Below the pieces are notes generated by a model. It had not been told where the DNA came from. It saw nothing but the letters and a program-made list of their open reading frames with translations, and made no database searches. The translations under genes and the position numbers were made by a program. Below, piece by piece: positions 59,284 through 59,472 of a DNA stretch of 59,472 nucleotides. The stretch is from Candidatus Kaiserbacteria bacterium. GTDB lineage: Bacteria > Patescibacteriota > Minisyncoccia > Phycocordibacterales > Phycocordibacteraceae. The DNA lies in assembly GCA_026396675.1 (NCBI GenBank), contig JAPLWI010000011.1, positions 1 through 59,472 of the forward strand. The letters run 5' to 3'. Every line of letters begins with the position of its first letter. The first letter of the stretch is position 1.

Positions 59284-59472
59284 GTATTGGATATAACTGA
59301 TTAACCTCGCCGAAACTGAACACTTGCGGCTCGCCTTCGCCAGCTGGCGAACGGCTAAACCGAGCGAAGCTCGAATACTCTGCGAGTAAAAACAGTATGA
59401 CAGAAATGCCAAAAAAATGCAAGGGAGTGTGGATAACTTTAATGAGTGCCAGAAAAAAGAGCTGGGAAGAAC

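Overview
This 59.5-kb window is bacterial chromosome. It most likely comes from a Patescibacteria/CPR (Parcubacteria-like) genome, an inference from the streamlined housekeeping genes, the NusB-Nudix fusion, the short SMC and the near absence of Shine-Dalgarno sites. Core content includes a gap-rpiB-rpe-tkt-pfkB-fba carbon cluster, rplY, rpmE, prfA, rpsB, tsf, tRNA-Thr(TGT), pheS, gyrB, thrS, dnaE, rnhB, rpmF, nusB, rnc, smc, rnr, rpsP-khpA-trmD, rpoB, rpoC, dnaG, rpoD, dsbA, hisS and prmC. A secreted/surface-protein island lies at about 12.8-22.1 kb. The most striking feature is at 1-4973: a large surface/fibre-like protein gene is broken inside an intein. The N-half ends in intein blocks A/B and the C-half begins with blocks N4/F/G (HN|T). 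The 3.2-kb gap between them holds a tightly coupled cargo operon (NYN RNase, PemK/MazF toxin, Zn-ribbon/PD-(D/E)XK nuclease, four-helix-bundle protein). The NYN and PemK genes each carry an antisense promoter-plus-hairpin small-RNA unit at their 3' end. Also notable are a RAYT transposase whose REP palindromes have inserted in-frame into transketolase, several other palindrome families, window-wide leaderless gene starts, and truncated or chimeric translation proteins (PheRS, ThrRS, RF1, EF-Ts). All calls are by eye from sequence motifs; no searches were run.
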